64,000 nucleotides of DNA from a virus. Where the stretch lies: positions 64,001-128,000 of IMG/VR virus record IMGVR_UViG_3300046517_002960; one strand, written 5' to 3'. The notes under the pieces were generated by a model. The model saw only the letters and a list, made by a program, of their open reading frames with translations. It searched no databases and was not told the DNA's origin. This document shows positions 25,988 to 35,547 of this stretch, piece after piece (within the stretch, counting starts at the first letter, position 1; each line of letters begins with the position of its first letter). The position numbers were made by a program, and so were the translations under genes.

Positions 25988-26481
25988 ATGAAATTACTCG
26001 CACGGCCCTGCTGACATTCCAGGCCCGGGACGAGGGCGTCTCGCCTGACGTGCTGGCCGAGTGGGCCACGGCGCACGGTTTTGCGCCCGGGCCGCCGCAG
26101 CCTGGCCTGGCCAGCTACTACCACAGCACGGGCGATGTCCGGGTGGAAGCCGCCCAGCGGACCCCGCGGTGGATCACGTTCTCCACGAATCATCTCGGCC
26201 CGGGCGAGGAGGCGGTCGCGCGGCTGGTCCTGTGCGCCTGGGCGGAGTTCGGCGGGTCGCTGAACGCTTCCCTCGCGATCCGGGACATCATCCACGAGCG
26301 GGTGCACCAGGCGGACGACGACTACGACAACGATCAGGAGACCTCATTATGTGCGTCACCCTGCACGAAGCCCGGCTCGGCCAGACGGTCATCGCCGGCT
26401 GGCGGAACCCCGCCCGGCGGACCCACGCCCTGCTGTACGGCAACGAGCCGGAGAACCTGGCCGGCGTGCCCAACGCGATGA
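25984..26481 (+). CDS. Hypothetical protein (3' end overlaps the next gene)
   Basis: GTG at 25984 after GATCAGGAGAC. Confidence 0.6.
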   Translation: MNEITRTALLTFQARDEGVSPDVLAEWATAHGFAPGPPQPGLASYYHSTGDVRVEAAQRTPRWITFSTNHLGPGEEAVARLVLCAWAEFGGSLNASLAIRDIIHERVHQADDDYDNDQETSLCASPCTKPGSARRSSPAGGTPPGGPTPCCTATSRRTWPACPTR

Positions 26482-27230
26482 TCCTGCACATCCCGCTCGA
26501 TCGCGACGCGACCCTGACCCAGGCCAACTTCATCCCCACTCACGGCCTGCGGCACGTCCTGGACGATATGTGGGCCGCCGCGCCGAAGTGGCAGGAACGG
26601 ATGACCCGCGGCGGCCTGCTGGGGGTGGCTGGCGAGCCCAGGGGGGTGTCCGTGTTCGACATGGGCTCCTACACCTGGATCGCCGCCACCCGCGCCCTCC
26701 CGGAGGACATCTACGCCGCCCTGCAGGAGGTCGCTGAAGACCGCCGCCCGCAGATCGGCCTGCCGCTGATCGACTGGTACCAGCGGACCTGGCCGCATGA
26801 TGCGCTCGCCATCGGCTGCTTCAGTGCGGCCCGCGGCGGCGCCACCGAGCCGGTCTGCGTGGAGTACCCGCCGCAGAAGTGGGGCTGGCTGCGCTACCCG
26901 GCGACCGACGCGCACGGCCGCATCCCGCGCTGGGGCGACCAGGTCACGGTCGATCACCGGATCATCGTCGGCACCGACGAGCTCGGCCTGGGCGGGGAGG
27001 CGCGCTACCGCGAGGCAGCCCGGATGGACCCGCGGCTGGCTGAGGCCCTGCCGCAGCTGGCGGTCGGCGCTGAGCTGGCCCGGGTCCCGATGGTCCAGGG
27101 CGACTTCTACATCGACTGGAGCAGCTTCGCCCAGGGTCACCAGGACCGCACCGGTCAGCTGATCCGCGCGCACGGCCCGGCCCCGTCCCCGGCCGGCCAC
27201 GACGACCTCATCCCGGTACCGCTGGGCTGA
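26349..27230 (+). CDS. Hypothetical protein resembling a conserved Streptomyces-type family of unknown function
   Basis: MCVT..A....T...LLYGNEPENLAGVPNAMILHIP...VFD.GSYT...RRP...WY...CF; recognised from memory only; GATCAGGAGAC upstream. Confidence 0.7.
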   Translation: MCVTLHEARLGQTVIAGWRNPARRTHALLYGNEPENLAGVPNAMILHIPLDRDATLTQANFIPTHGLRHVLDDMWAAAPKWQERMTRGGLLGVAGEPRGVSVFDMGSYTWIAATRALPEDIYAALQEVAEDRRPQIGLPLIDWYQRTWPHDALAIGCFSAARGGATEPVCVEYPPQKWGWLRYPATDAHGRIPRWGDQVTVDHRIIVGTDELGLGGEARYREAARMDPRLAEALPQLAVGAELARVPMVQGDFYIDWSSFAQGHQDRTGQLIRAHGPAPSPAGHDDLIPVPLG

Positions 27231-27250
27231 GCAGGAGGCAGGAGGCAGAT

Positions 27251-27526
27251 ATGGCAGCTGGCAACGAGGAGAAGCCGGTCGACCTGGGCGCGCTGGCCCG
27301 CTCCGTGCAGCTGGCGCTGCTCATTACCGACGCGGCCCTGCCGCTGTACGGGGCTCCCCGCGGCGCGACCGCAGATAGCCAGGAGATGATCGTCATGGAC
27401 CGGTCCCGGCTGCGCGGCATCGCGTTCACCGCCGTGCTGCGCGAGATGAACCGGTTCGAGTGCACGATCACGTCCGGCGCTCTCGAAGCGCTGATGGACA
27501 GGCGCGTGCCGGAAGCGGGGCTGTGA
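27251..27526 (+). CDS. Hypothetical protein
   Basis: 91 aa, GGAGG RBS. Confidence 0.7.
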   Translation: MAAGNEEKPVDLGALARSVQLALLITDAALPLYGAPRGATADSQEMIVMDRSRLRGIAFTAVLREMNRFECTITSGALEALMDRRVPEAGL

Positions 27527-27966
27527 TGCCGTCTCGCCGCGCCCGGAGGCCGGTCCTTAATTTCGCCGGGCTGGCCGTCGCGCTGGACGGCCGCACCGAC
27601 GTGCAGCTCGGCGGGTACGCCTGGGCGCGCTGGTACGGCACCGACGAGAAGAACCCGCTGCCGCCCGTGATCAGCATCGAAGTGCGCGGCACCGTCCTGG
27701 CGTTCGTCCGGCCGGGCTCGGTGCGGTTCCCCCGGCTCGAGCCGCTGCCGCAGGGCAGCGCCCGCAGGCAGCTGGAACGGCAGGCGTGGCTGAGCCTGGT
27801 CGTCGCGGACAACGGCCTGGGAACGGCCGTGACCAGCATCCGCGTCACTACCGCGCCCCGGGTCCGCGAGCGGCTGCCCGCCATCGACGGCGACCCGGCC
27901 CGGCTGGCCTCCGGGACCACGTATCCCGTCACGGAACACGATCAGGATCAGGAGAAAACTGCATGA
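27523..27966 (+). CDS. Hypothetical protein
   Basis: GTGA-coupled; beta-rich composition. Confidence 0.65.
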   Translation: MMPSRRARRPVLNFAGLAVALDGRTDVQLGGYAWARWYGTDEKNPLPPVISIEVRGTVLAFVRPGSVRFPRLEPLPQGSARRQLERQAWLSLVVADNGLGTAVTSIRVTTAPRVRERLPAIDGDPARLASGTTYPVTEHDQDQEKTA

Positions 27967-28340
27967 GCATGGACAGCAGGGACTGGCAGGACTTCGCTAG
28001 CGTGTACCGGGCCGGAGCGGAGCGCGCCGCCGGCTGGTCGCATAACACGGCCATGGTGCAGCACACCGCCGTCCTGGAGCGCCAGGCGGACCGGTGCGAG
28101 GAGATCGCCCCGGACCGGGACGGCAACCCCCCGGTCGTGCATGATCACGACCACTTCCACACCGACCCGGACGACCCCCAGCACCGGCTCCGGCATCACG
28201 ACCGGCACAGTCACGGCCGGGGCCAGACCGAGCACACGGGCGGGGTCTCTGGCCACGCGCATGATGGTGGCAGGGACGGCGGGCTGGATCCGTTCGCGCT
28301 GCTCCAGCCGCTGTTCCCGCCGGAACGGAGCGGGTCATGA
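27963..28340 (+). CDS. Protein with His-rich (HxH-repeat) segment
   Basis: VHDHDHFHTD...HRLRHHDRHSHG..EHT..GHAH; ATG after GATCAGGAGAA. Confidence 0.65.
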   Translation: MSMDSRDWQDFASVYRAGAERAAGWSHNTAMVQHTAVLERQADRCEEIAPDRDGNPPVVHDHDHFHTDPDDPQHRLRHHDRHSHGRGQTEHTGGVSGHAHDGGRDGGLDPFALLQPLFPPERSGS

Positions 28341-28582
28341 AACTCCCGCTGCACGACGAGCACGGCTTCCTCGGCCCGGTGGAGGCCGCATTTCACGCCT
28401 GCTTCGAGCAGGGCGGGTTCTCCACGCCGGAACGGGAGGCAGCCCGGATGCTGCTGGACGGCGGGACCGGGGAGCAGCGGGCGCTGGCCTGGATGACAAA
28501 GCAGGGCCTGGCCCTGGACGACCTGGCATGGGACCCCGGCCAGCTCGCGCACTACCGCAGCAAGACAGATCAGGAGACATGA
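28337..28582 (+). CDS. Hypothetical protein
   Basis: 81 aa, ATGA-coupled. Confidence 0.65.
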   Translation: MKLPLHDEHGFLGPVEAAFHACFEQGGFSTPEREAARMLLDGGTGEQRALAWMTKQGLALDDLAWDPGQLAHYRSKTDQET

Positions 28583-29055
28583 CGATGGAACCCTACGTGA
28601 CCCATGACGGGCTCGAGGTCCGCGAGGGCCGCTACATCCAGGACGGCCCGCAGACGCTCTACAAGGTCAGCAGCTCGGCTCCCGGGATCGTCCGGCTGAT
28701 CGTCTGCCTGGACGACGGCGAGCTGCCCGGCCGGACCGCGGTGCGCAGCTTCGCCCCGGAGCAGGTGCACGGCATGAGCTCACCCAGCGGTGCGCTCTGC
28801 GACCGGTACGAGGCCATGGCGAGCGCGGGCAGCCTGAGCGGCCGGGACCTGGGCCTGCTCGCCAGCTACGCGGACGGCCCGCTGATCTGGGACGCTGCTG
28901 ACCTGTTCGCGATCGTCTGCAGGCTGGCGGAGCGGGGCCTGCTCGAGCCCGCCCGGACGGACATCGGGTACGGCCCGGAAGACAGGGGCGCGTACCAGCT
29001 GACCGAGGCGGGCCGCGTGGTCCTGGCGAGCGCCGGGGACGTGGCACAGCCGTGA
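28579..29055 (+). CDS. Hypothetical protein with C-terminal winged-helix-like end (Y.LTEAGR..L)
   Basis: ATG at 28579 after GATCAGGAGAC. Confidence 0.65.
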   Translation: MTMEPYVTHDGLEVREGRYIQDGPQTLYKVSSSAPGIVRLIVCLDDGELPGRTAVRSFAPEQVHGMSSPSGALCDRYEAMASAGSLSGRDLGLLASYADGPLIWDAADLFAIVCRLAERGLLEPARTDIGYGPEDRGAYQLTEAGRVVLASAGDVAQP

Positions 29056-29300
29056 ACCACACCACCCAGGGCGCGCTCGGCACCGTGTTTCATCACAACG
29101 GCGACTACAGCGGCGACGTGACCGTCATCCCGGTTAGCTTCCCCGAGCGGCGTGACGGCCCGGACGGCGCCATCAGCTTCAGCGTGGACATCCCGTTCGA
29201 GGACCTGCGCCAGCTGGTGCTCGGCTACCTGCGCGACCGCCGGATCGAGCACCTGGAGCAGATCAGCGACGACGAGCTGGAAGCGGAGCTGCTGCGGTGA
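29052..29300 (+). CDS. Hypothetical protein
   Basis: 82 aa, coupled; FHHNGDYSGDV motif. Confidence 0.7.
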   Translation: MNHTTQGALGTVFHHNGDYSGDVTVIPVSFPERRDGPDGAISFSVDIPFEDLRQLVLGYLRDRRIEHLEQISDDELEAELLR

Positions 29301-29725
29301 CCGCCCACCCGCAGGTCCCGATGGTGCCGCCCGGCGAAGACGAGCCGGTCGGCATCGACACCCTGATGGTCCCGCTGATCACCGCGCTGTGGGAGACCGG
29401 GTATGCCACGATCACCTGCTGCCAGGATCTCGGCGAGTCGATCGGCTCACTCAGCCGGCGCAAGGCTGCCTACTGGAAGGGCTGGGTGCTGCTGGAGCTG
29501 ACCTTCACGAGCGCGAAGGCGCTGATGGAGCTTGCGGCCGGGTTCGGCAGGTTCTCGATGCACTGGGCAGACGACGACGCGTGGGACGTGTCCGTGCCGG
29601 TGGTCATGCTCGGGTCCGGTGCGGTCATGCCCGGCATCGTCCAGGTGCATTTCCCGCAGGTCCAGCTGGAGCGCCTGACCGGGCTGGTGAAGGCGCACGG
29701 CGCGCAGTTCCTGGAAGGGAGGTAA
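29297..29725 (+). CDS. Hypothetical protein (ID..M.PLI.ALW..G..T..CCQ motif)
   Basis: 142 aa, coupled. Confidence 0.7.
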   Translation: MTAHPQVPMVPPGEDEPVGIDTLMVPLITALWETGYATITCCQDLGESIGSLSRRKAAYWKGWVLLELTFTSAKALMELAAGFGRFSMHWADDDAWDVSVPVVMLGSGAVMPGIVQVHFPQVQLERLTGLVKAHGAQFLEGR

Positions 29726-29728
29726 GCC

Positions 29729-32083
29729 ATGGCCGGCGGCAAGCGCAAGCGCAAGAACGGCAACGCCAAGACAGTCAAGCGGTCGCGCCTGTCCCGCCGG
29801 CCGCCGGGCAACCGGTACGGCGACCACGGCTACGGCTACGTCGGGAACACCGCACCGGAGGAGCCGTATGCCGGGCCGGGCGAGCCGGAGCTGGCGGGCA
29901 TGCCCGCGGCGCTGGCCGGCTACGGCCCCGATGACCAGATCCCGGTCGTCATCCAGGCTGACCCGGATGGCCCGGTGCCGCCCAACGCGGGCGCCTACAT
30001 CGGCGAGGCCAACACGACGATCATGATGGTCAATGCCGAGACCGGCGAGGAGTACCCCGCGCCGCCCGGGTCACGGCTGTACGTGCGGACCAGCGGCCCG
30101 GAACCCGGCATCGACCAGACCGTCCGGGTCGGGGACCTGACGGCGATGGAGAAGATCCCGGCCCAGGTGATCACCAGCGTCCCCGAGGACGACACAACCG
30201 GCATGCAGCCCGGCGACGTGATCGCGACCCGCCAGCCGGTCGGCTACACCGACCGTGACGGCAGCCCGGTCATCTACGCCGACACCGGGATCAGCCTGCC
30301 GCCCACCGGCCCGCGCGGGAACATCGCGCCGGGCAGCCGGGTGTGGCGGGCCGGGCACGCGCCGCCCGGCGCCGTCATCGCCGGGGAGGACGTCCGGTTC
30401 CCCGCGCTGCGGGCCGAGCCCGCGCAGGAGGGCATGACGCCCCGCGGGCAGCCCCGGCAGGGTTCCCGCGACGTGCCCGGCACGCCGGAATTGAGCCAGC
30501 TGAAGGGCGTCCTCCCGCCGCACCTGACCGGGGCTGCTAACCAGGCTCTGTCCGGGCGCCAGGACCCGGCCATGACCCCGGAGCTGAGCGGCGAGCTGCT
30601 ACGCCAGATGGAAGCCCGCTCCCCCGGCCTGACCGCCCGGCTGGCTCGCGGGATGAGCAAGGACGAGCTCGGCCAGCCGGAGATCGTCGTCACCGATGAC
30701 CTGGACAGCGTGCCCGCCGGGCCGGAGGACGACGACACGTTCGTGATCGAGGACCTGGACCCGGGCGATCCCGACGCCGGGCGGCTGCGGCTGGGCAGCC
30801 GGACCCAGGTGGAAGCCGCCCGCCGCGCCGAGCGGGCCGCGGACGAGCGGGCGCGCAAGCTGATCCCCGGCCGGGCGGACCCGCGTGGCATCCCGCGCAG
30901 CTATGACGCGGCCACCGCTGTCCGGGTCCGGAAGACCTGGACGGCGGATGAGGTGCTGGACATGCACGCCTGGCTGACCCGGGCGTACCGGAACCCGTCC
31001 GATGCCCTGGCGGACTACCTGGCATTCCACATGCGGCGTGCGCTCGCTGACGACCTCAACACGGAGCAGCTGTTCTGGCCGGTCGACGTGCGCCAGGGCG
31101 CTGACATTCCGCAGGGCCGCCAGATGGCGCAGCTGATCGCCCGCGGGCTGGATGACTCCCGGACACTCCAGGTGACCGCGCCGATGGTGCACCAGCTGCG
31201 CGACGACTGGGCAGGCCGGGGCGCCGGGCAGCTGGTGCTAGACGAGGGTGTCCTGCCGGTCCCGGCCGGGTTCGCCTGGCTGGACTCGCCGTGGCTGGCC
31301 GAGAAGCCGGGCGAGGGCTTCTGGCTGCCGGTCCGGGCCGTGTCCTGGGAGCGCACCGTGGTCACGGCCAGGAGCGAGCACGGGCAGCCCTTCGCCCCGC
31401 CGGGCCTGTCGCAGGCCGACGCGGTCCGGGTCGTGCTGTGGCTGCTGATCGCCGACGACGTCGCGTTCGGCTCGTGGGCGGGCGCGGAGAAGCGCTCCGC
31501 CAAGGTGGCCAACAAGGTCGGCCAGCTCGTCCCGCAGCAGATCGCCGTGCTGCCGTTCGGCATCCGGACCAGCACCCGGGGCGGGGTGACCTCCAACGGC
31601 CGGGAGCTGATCGGGCTGCTTCACGCCCTGTGGACGACCCTGGGGGAAAAGCTGCCGAAATCCCGCCAGGTGCGGGCCAGCGCCCCGGCCGTCCGCCAGC
31701 GGGTGCAGAAATCAATCCGGCATGGCACGGTGACGATCATCCCGCTGCGTGAGTACGACTACGTCGGCGAGCCGGACGGGCGCCACCCGCAGCACCGGGA
31801 CTGGACCTGCCGCTGGCCCGTGAACGAGCATTACCGGCACATCGACTACTACGACGACGGCACCGACGAGCGGGGCCGCCGCCGCCGGCATTCCGCGGTC
31901 CCCGCTCTGCGCAGCGGCGCGGTCGCGGATGATGACCATGACATCTGCGCGGTGTGCCAGGCCAACGGCCAGACCATCCGGATCACGCTGGTGCACGGGC
32001 CGTTCTTCAAGGGTCCGACCGGCAAGCCGATCATCACCCCGGCGGACCGCAAGAAGCGCACAGTGTGGAAGTTGAAAAGATAG
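29729..32083 (+). CDS. Large multi-domain hypothetical protein (784 aa)
   Basis: GGAGG RBS; low-complexity N-terminal half; C-terminal TIIPLRE...RWPVNEHYRH...GPFFKGPTGKP motif, which I recall from a widespread uncharacterised phage domain. Confidence 0.85.
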   Translation: MAGGKRKRKNGNAKTVKRSRLSRRPPGNRYGDHGYGYVGNTAPEEPYAGPGEPELAGMPAALAGYGPDDQIPVVIQADPDGPVPPNAGAYIGEANTTIMMVNAETGEEYPAPPGSRLYVRTSGPEPGIDQTVRVGDLTAMEKIPAQVITSVPEDDTTGMQPGDVIATRQPVGYTDRDGSPVIYADTGISLPPTGPRGNIAPGSRVWRAGHAPPGAVIAGEDVRFPALRAEPAQEGMTPRGQPRQGSRDVPGTPELSQLKGVLPPHLTGAANQALSGRQDPAMTPELSGELLRQMEARSPGLTARLARGMSKDELGQPEIVVTDDLDSVPAGPEDDDTFVIEDLDPGDPDAGRLRLGSRTQVEAARRAERAADERARKLIPGRADPRGIPRSYDAATAVRVRKTWTADEVLDMHAWLTRAYRNPSDALADYLAFHMRRALADDLNTEQLFWPVDVRQGADIPQGRQMAQLIARGLDDSRTLQVTAPMVHQLRDDWAGRGAGQLVLDEGVLPVPAGFAWLDSPWLAEKPGEGFWLPVRAVSWERTVVTARSEHGQPFAPPGLSQADAVRVVLWLLIADDVAFGSWAGAEKRSAKVANKVGQLVPQQIAVLPFGIRTSTRGGVTSNGRELIGLLHALWTTLGEKLPKSRQVRASAPAVRQRVQKSIRHGTVTIIPLREYDYVGEPDGRHPQHRDWTCRWPVNEHYRHIDYYDDGTDERGRRRRHSAVPALRSGAVADDDHDICAVCQANGQTIRITLVHGPFFKGPTGKPIITPADRKKRTVWKLKR

Positions 32084-32096
32084 GACAGGAGACAGC

Positions 32097-32576
32097 ATGC
32101 ACGAGGTGACTGCGCACTACGAGGCCGGCAGCGGCATCCGCCCGCCACGCAAGTCCGGCAGGTTCCGCGCCGTGGCGCGCGAGGTCGTGCCGGGTGGCGG
32201 CCTGGAGCTGTGGCACTGCGAGCACGATCACGCGCCCGGCGTCCGCGACGTCCGCCAGGCTAGCGAGGAACAGCGCGTTTCGGCGCAGGCCTGTGCCCTG
32301 GCCTGGCTGGCCAGGCAGATCGAAGACGGCCACCTGTACGCGATGCCGGCCTGGCGCGAGGGCGAGAACGAGCCCGAGCCCCTGGTGATCGAGCTGGAGG
32401 CTGCTGACCCGGCGCTGAGCGAGATCATCGTGAAGTACCGGGCGCTGATCACCGCGGAACGCCATTACCGGCAGCTGAACCGCGAGGTGGCGGTGCTGTT
32501 CATCACGCTGGACGAGCGCCAGAAGGCCGCCTACATCGCCGCCACGGAGCGGATCGACAACGAGGACAGGGCATGA
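32097..32576 (+). CDS. Hypothetical protein
   Basis: GACAGGAGAC upstream; W.C.H.H motif. Confidence 0.7.
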   Translation: MHEVTAHYEAGSGIRPPRKSGRFRAVAREVVPGGGLELWHCEHDHAPGVRDVRQASEEQRVSAQACALAWLARQIEDGHLYAMPAWREGENEPEPLVIELEAADPALSEIIVKYRALITAERHYRQLNREVAVLFITLDERQKAAYIAATERIDNEDRA

Positions 32577-32887
32577 GCACGGACGACGCAGGCGGCCTGT
32601 TCCTGCGTGAGCGGATCCGGGTCCGGGGCGAGGGCGACTGGGCGCGTCTCCAGGTTCCCGATGCGGTCGCGCCCGGCGTCGTGCTGCTTCAGCGGCTCGG
32701 CCCGGATGACGAACGGGGCCGGTGCCGGTTCGCCGCGTTCTGGCACGGCCGCCGTCCCGGTACCCCGCCGCAGGCACCCCCGGTCAGCGGTGAGGTGTAC
32801 CTGGCTGACCTGAGCTCATTTGCTGCCAGGGAACACGGTGACTGGGGTCACGTCGTGCTGAGCTGGCCGGACGGGGGACGGCTGTGA
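32573..32887 (+). CDS. Hypothetical protein
   Basis: 104 aa, coupled. Confidence 0.6.
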   Translation: MSTDDAGGLFLRERIRVRGEGDWARLQVPDAVAPGVVLLQRLGPDDERGRCRFAAFWHGRRPGTPPQAPPVSGEVYLADLSSFAAREHGDWGHVVLSWPDGGRL

Positions 32888-33207
32888 GCAGCCGGACGGA
32901 CCTGATCGCGCGGCTACCCTGGGTGACCCGGCTGGAGCAGACGCAGGACTGCGACGGCTACCGGTGGTCGCACATGCCCGGCAAGGCGCTGCGGGACCGG
33001 GCGCTGTTCGACCGGTACCGGTGCAAGGCCCGGGCCAGGTGGATGTTCCGCGGACTGCGCGGCACCGGCCTGGACGCTGATGACGGGGTGTTCTGCTGGC
33101 AGCACCTGCTGGTCCAGCTGCGGTCCAGCCCGGCGGAGACGGAGCGCGCAGAACGTGAGCTCGGCCGGCTCTCGGAGCAGGGCACGCCGATGGACCAGGG
33201 GCACTGA
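32884..33207 (+). CDS. Hypothetical protein with CxxC-like motifs
   Basis: 107 aa, coupled. Confidence 0.65.
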   Translation: MSSRTDLIARLPWVTRLEQTQDCDGYRWSHMPGKALRDRALFDRYRCKARARWMFRGLRGTGLDADDGVFCWQHLLVQLRSSPAETERAERELGRLSEQGTPMDQGH

Positions 33208-33251
33208 TGTCTGTCATGTATACTTCAAGAGACAGCAAGGCAGGAGGCGGG

Positions 33252-33536
33252 ATGCCGCAGGAGGAGGCGGGCCTGAGCGAAGTCCAGGCGCAGATGCTGG
33301 CCGTGCTGGACCGGCTCGGCGCGCATGACGCGGGCCTGTCCGTCAGCACGAAGCAGGCAGCCCGGGAAGCCGGCCGGTCAGTGACGGTAGCTGGGCATGC
33401 GCTGCACGTACTGCGCCGGCTGGACCTGGCCGGATGGGCAGCCGCGCCCGGCGGCCGGTCGGACTACTGGCTCACCACGGCAGGCCTGGAGCTGGCACGA
33501 TCACGGAAGACAGGACAGGAGACAGGACATGGCTGA
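33252..33536 (+). CDS. Winged-helix DNA-binding protein
   Basis: LSEVQAQML..L...STKQAAREAGRSVTVAGHALHVLRRLDL...YWLTTAG; GGAGG RBS. Confidence 0.7.
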   Translation: MPQEEAGLSEVQAQMLAVLDRLGAHDAGLSVSTKQAAREAGRSVTVAGHALHVLRRLDLAGWAAAPGGRSDYWLTTAGLELARSRKTGQETGHG

Positions 33537-33936
33537 TACAGCACAGAGCATCGCAGGCGCCCGCAAGCGGCGCCTGTCCGCGGCGAAGCGGTCGCTGAAG
33601 CTGGTCCGGGACGTAGCGGACCAGCATGCCGGGCTGCTGGAGTCCGGCCAGGTGCCTGAGGCGGACTTCGTCACCAGCGCGGTCAAGTACGCCCAGGCCC
33701 TGGGTGAGCTGCGGCTGCTGGACATGATCACCGAGGGCGGTGAGAACGGGGCTGACGGCGTGATCGAGCTGGAGTCCGGGGACGTGGCTGCCCTGCTCGA
33801 GACCGTCCAGGCGTTCGTCCCGGCCGGCGTGCTGGCCGCGCTGCCCCCGCTGGCCCGGGTGAGCGCCGCAATCTCCGGCCAGCCGGAAGATCCCGCCGGG
33901 CCTGAGCCTGAGCCCGCGCAGGAGCAGGGCCAGTAG
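33529..33936 (+). CDS. Helical hypothetical protein
   Basis: ATG at 33529 after GACAGGAGAC. Confidence 0.7.
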   Translation: MADTAQSIAGARKRRLSAAKRSLKLVRDVADQHAGLLESGQVPEADFVTSAVKYAQALGELRLLDMITEGGENGADGVIELESGDVAALLETVQAFVPAGVLAALPPLARVSAAISGQPEDPAGPEPEPAQEQGQ

Positions 33937-33938
33937 CC

Positions 33939-34316
33939 ATGGCGAAGGTCAAGGTCACCGCGTACCTGAAGGAACGGGAAGGGCGGGAAGTCCCGTACGC
34001 GGAGCTGGCCGCCGCCGGGCTGGCTCCGTCTGAGGCCACGCTGCAAGCTGACCTGGCCCGGCTGGCAGCAGATCCGCGCAGCGGCGTCAGCCGCCCCGGG
34101 GCAGGCCGGCAGCCGGGGAGAAGGCGGCCCGCCCGGTACGACACCCCGGTCCCGCCGCCCGAGCCGCAGTACGTCATGCTGCGGCTGGTCGGGCAGAGCG
34201 CGGCCGGGAACGGCCTGGCGGCAGATGACGGTACCGGGCGCCTGTACGAGATCGTCCCGGCGGGCCGCCTGGATTCTGCTGCTATCCAGCGGCTGGGGCT
34301 GAACGGGCATGGCTGA
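33939..34316 (+). CDS. Putative winged-helix protein
   Basis: AYLKEREGREVPYAELA...SEATLQADLARLA. Confidence 0.6.
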   Translation: MAKVKVTAYLKEREGREVPYAELAAAGLAPSEATLQADLARLAADPRSGVSRPGAGRQPGRRRPARYDTPVPPPEPQYVMLRLVGQSAAGNGLAADDGTGRLYEIVPAGRLDSAAIQRLGLNGHG

Positions 34317-34641
34317 CTGGCGCTATGCCTACCCGTCGGAAATCGCCCGGGAGCTGGCCCGCGAGATCACCCGCCGCCGCCGTGCCCTGGATGACGAGGC
34401 CGCGGCCCGGGCCAGGGCACGCCAGCGCGGATCGCGGCGCCCGCCTGGCCGGGGCGTGCAGCACATCATCGCGGACCGCCGCGTCACGGACGGCATGGTG
34501 CTCGCGCTGTCCTGGCTGATCGGCTGCCCGGACACGCCGTGGCAGGCCGAGCGGTTCATCACGGAGCAGGGCCGGCATCGGTGGAAGACCGGGCACCCCG
34601 GCACCGGGCAGGACCAGGATCACGATCAGGAGAAGACATGA
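34309..34641 (+). CDS. Hypothetical protein
   Basis: 110 aa, overlapping starts and stops. Confidence 0.6.
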   Translation: MADWRYAYPSEIARELAREITRRRRALDDEAAARARARQRGSRRPPGRGVQHIIADRRVTDGMVLALSWLIGCPDTPWQAERFITEQGRHRWKTGHPGTGQDQDHDQEKT

Positions 34642-34871
34642 CCGCATCAGGTCGCAGCACGCAGCTGCTGGAAGCCGCCGCCGCGGCACTGGACGACGGG
34701 CAGATCCCGCTCACGGACCCGTTCCTGTCCGAGCACGAGGTCACGCTTGACGAGGCGTACAGCCTCGCGGACAAGCTGGCCCTCGGCGCCCGCATCGTCG
34801 CCCGCGGCCTGGCCGATCCCCGGTCCCCCGAGGGCCAGGCCGTGCTCATGACGATGGTGAGGGACGCATGA
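34638..34871 (+). CDS. Hypothetical protein
   Basis: ATG at 34638 after GATCAGGAGAA. Confidence 0.7.
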   Translation: MTASGRSTQLLEAAAAALDDGQIPLTDPFLSEHEVTLDEAYSLADKLALGARIVARGLADPRSPEGQAVLMTMVRDA

Positions 34872-35200
34872 AGATGGAGCAGGCGGTCACGCTGACCCTG
34901 ACCGAGGCCGAGTGCCGCGAGTACTGCCAGCAGCTGGCCGAGGCCGAGAGCATCATCCGGGCCGACCCGCTGGATCACGGCAACACCCGGACCGGGCTGA
35001 CCGTGCTGCGGGACCTGCGGGACCTGTTCGAGCGGCACGGGCTCGGCATCCGGCAGCAGCAGCTCGAGGCCGGGGAGCAGTACAGGGCCAGCCTGCTGCC
35101 GCCGCCCGCTCCGCCGCTGCCGTTCCCGTACCAGCCGCAGCCGCCATCCTGGGCGCCCGCTCAGCCGCAGGGGTACCCGGGAACGGGAGGCCGGACATGA
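34868..35200 (+). CDS. Hypothetical protein
   Basis: 110 aa, ATGA-coupled. Confidence 0.7.
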   Translation: MKMEQAVTLTLTEAECREYCQQLAEAESIIRADPLDHGNTRTGLTVLRDLRDLFERHGLGIRQQQLEAGEQYRASLLPPPAPPLPFPYQPQPPSWAPAQPQGYPGTGGRT

Positions 35201-35547
35201 CAGGTTACCTGGGCCGGCCGGAGCACCCGGATTTCTGGCTGCTCTCGCAGCAGGCCCTGGACAACGATGCCGCCGCGGACTCCGGCCAGGACATCGGCGA
35301 TATCCTCGGCCGCCAGCTGGACCCGGACTCGGTGTTCTACATGGCCACGCAGCGTGCCGCCCGGATAATGGCGCAGGCGCGCGGCCCGGCTGGCGTCGCG
35401 CTCGCCGCGGCCTGGATCGACGGGCTGATGACGGGGATCGGGTTCCAGCACGCGAAGGCCGCGGCGGAACCCGGCGGCATGCGGACGGGCAGCACGACGG
35501 TCTGGGCGCGCATCCCCGGTGACGAGGGAACAGGAGACAGCACATGA
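35197..35547 (+). CDS. Conserved actinophage-type hypothetical protein (RPEHPDFWLLS...YMATQRA)
   Basis: ATG at 35197, GGAGG RBS, coupled. Confidence 0.7.
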   Translation: MTGYLGRPEHPDFWLLSQQALDNDAAADSGQDIGDILGRQLDPDSVFYMATQRAARIMAQARGPAGVALAAAWIDGLMTGIGFQHAKAAAEPGGMRTGSTTVWARIPGDEGTGDST

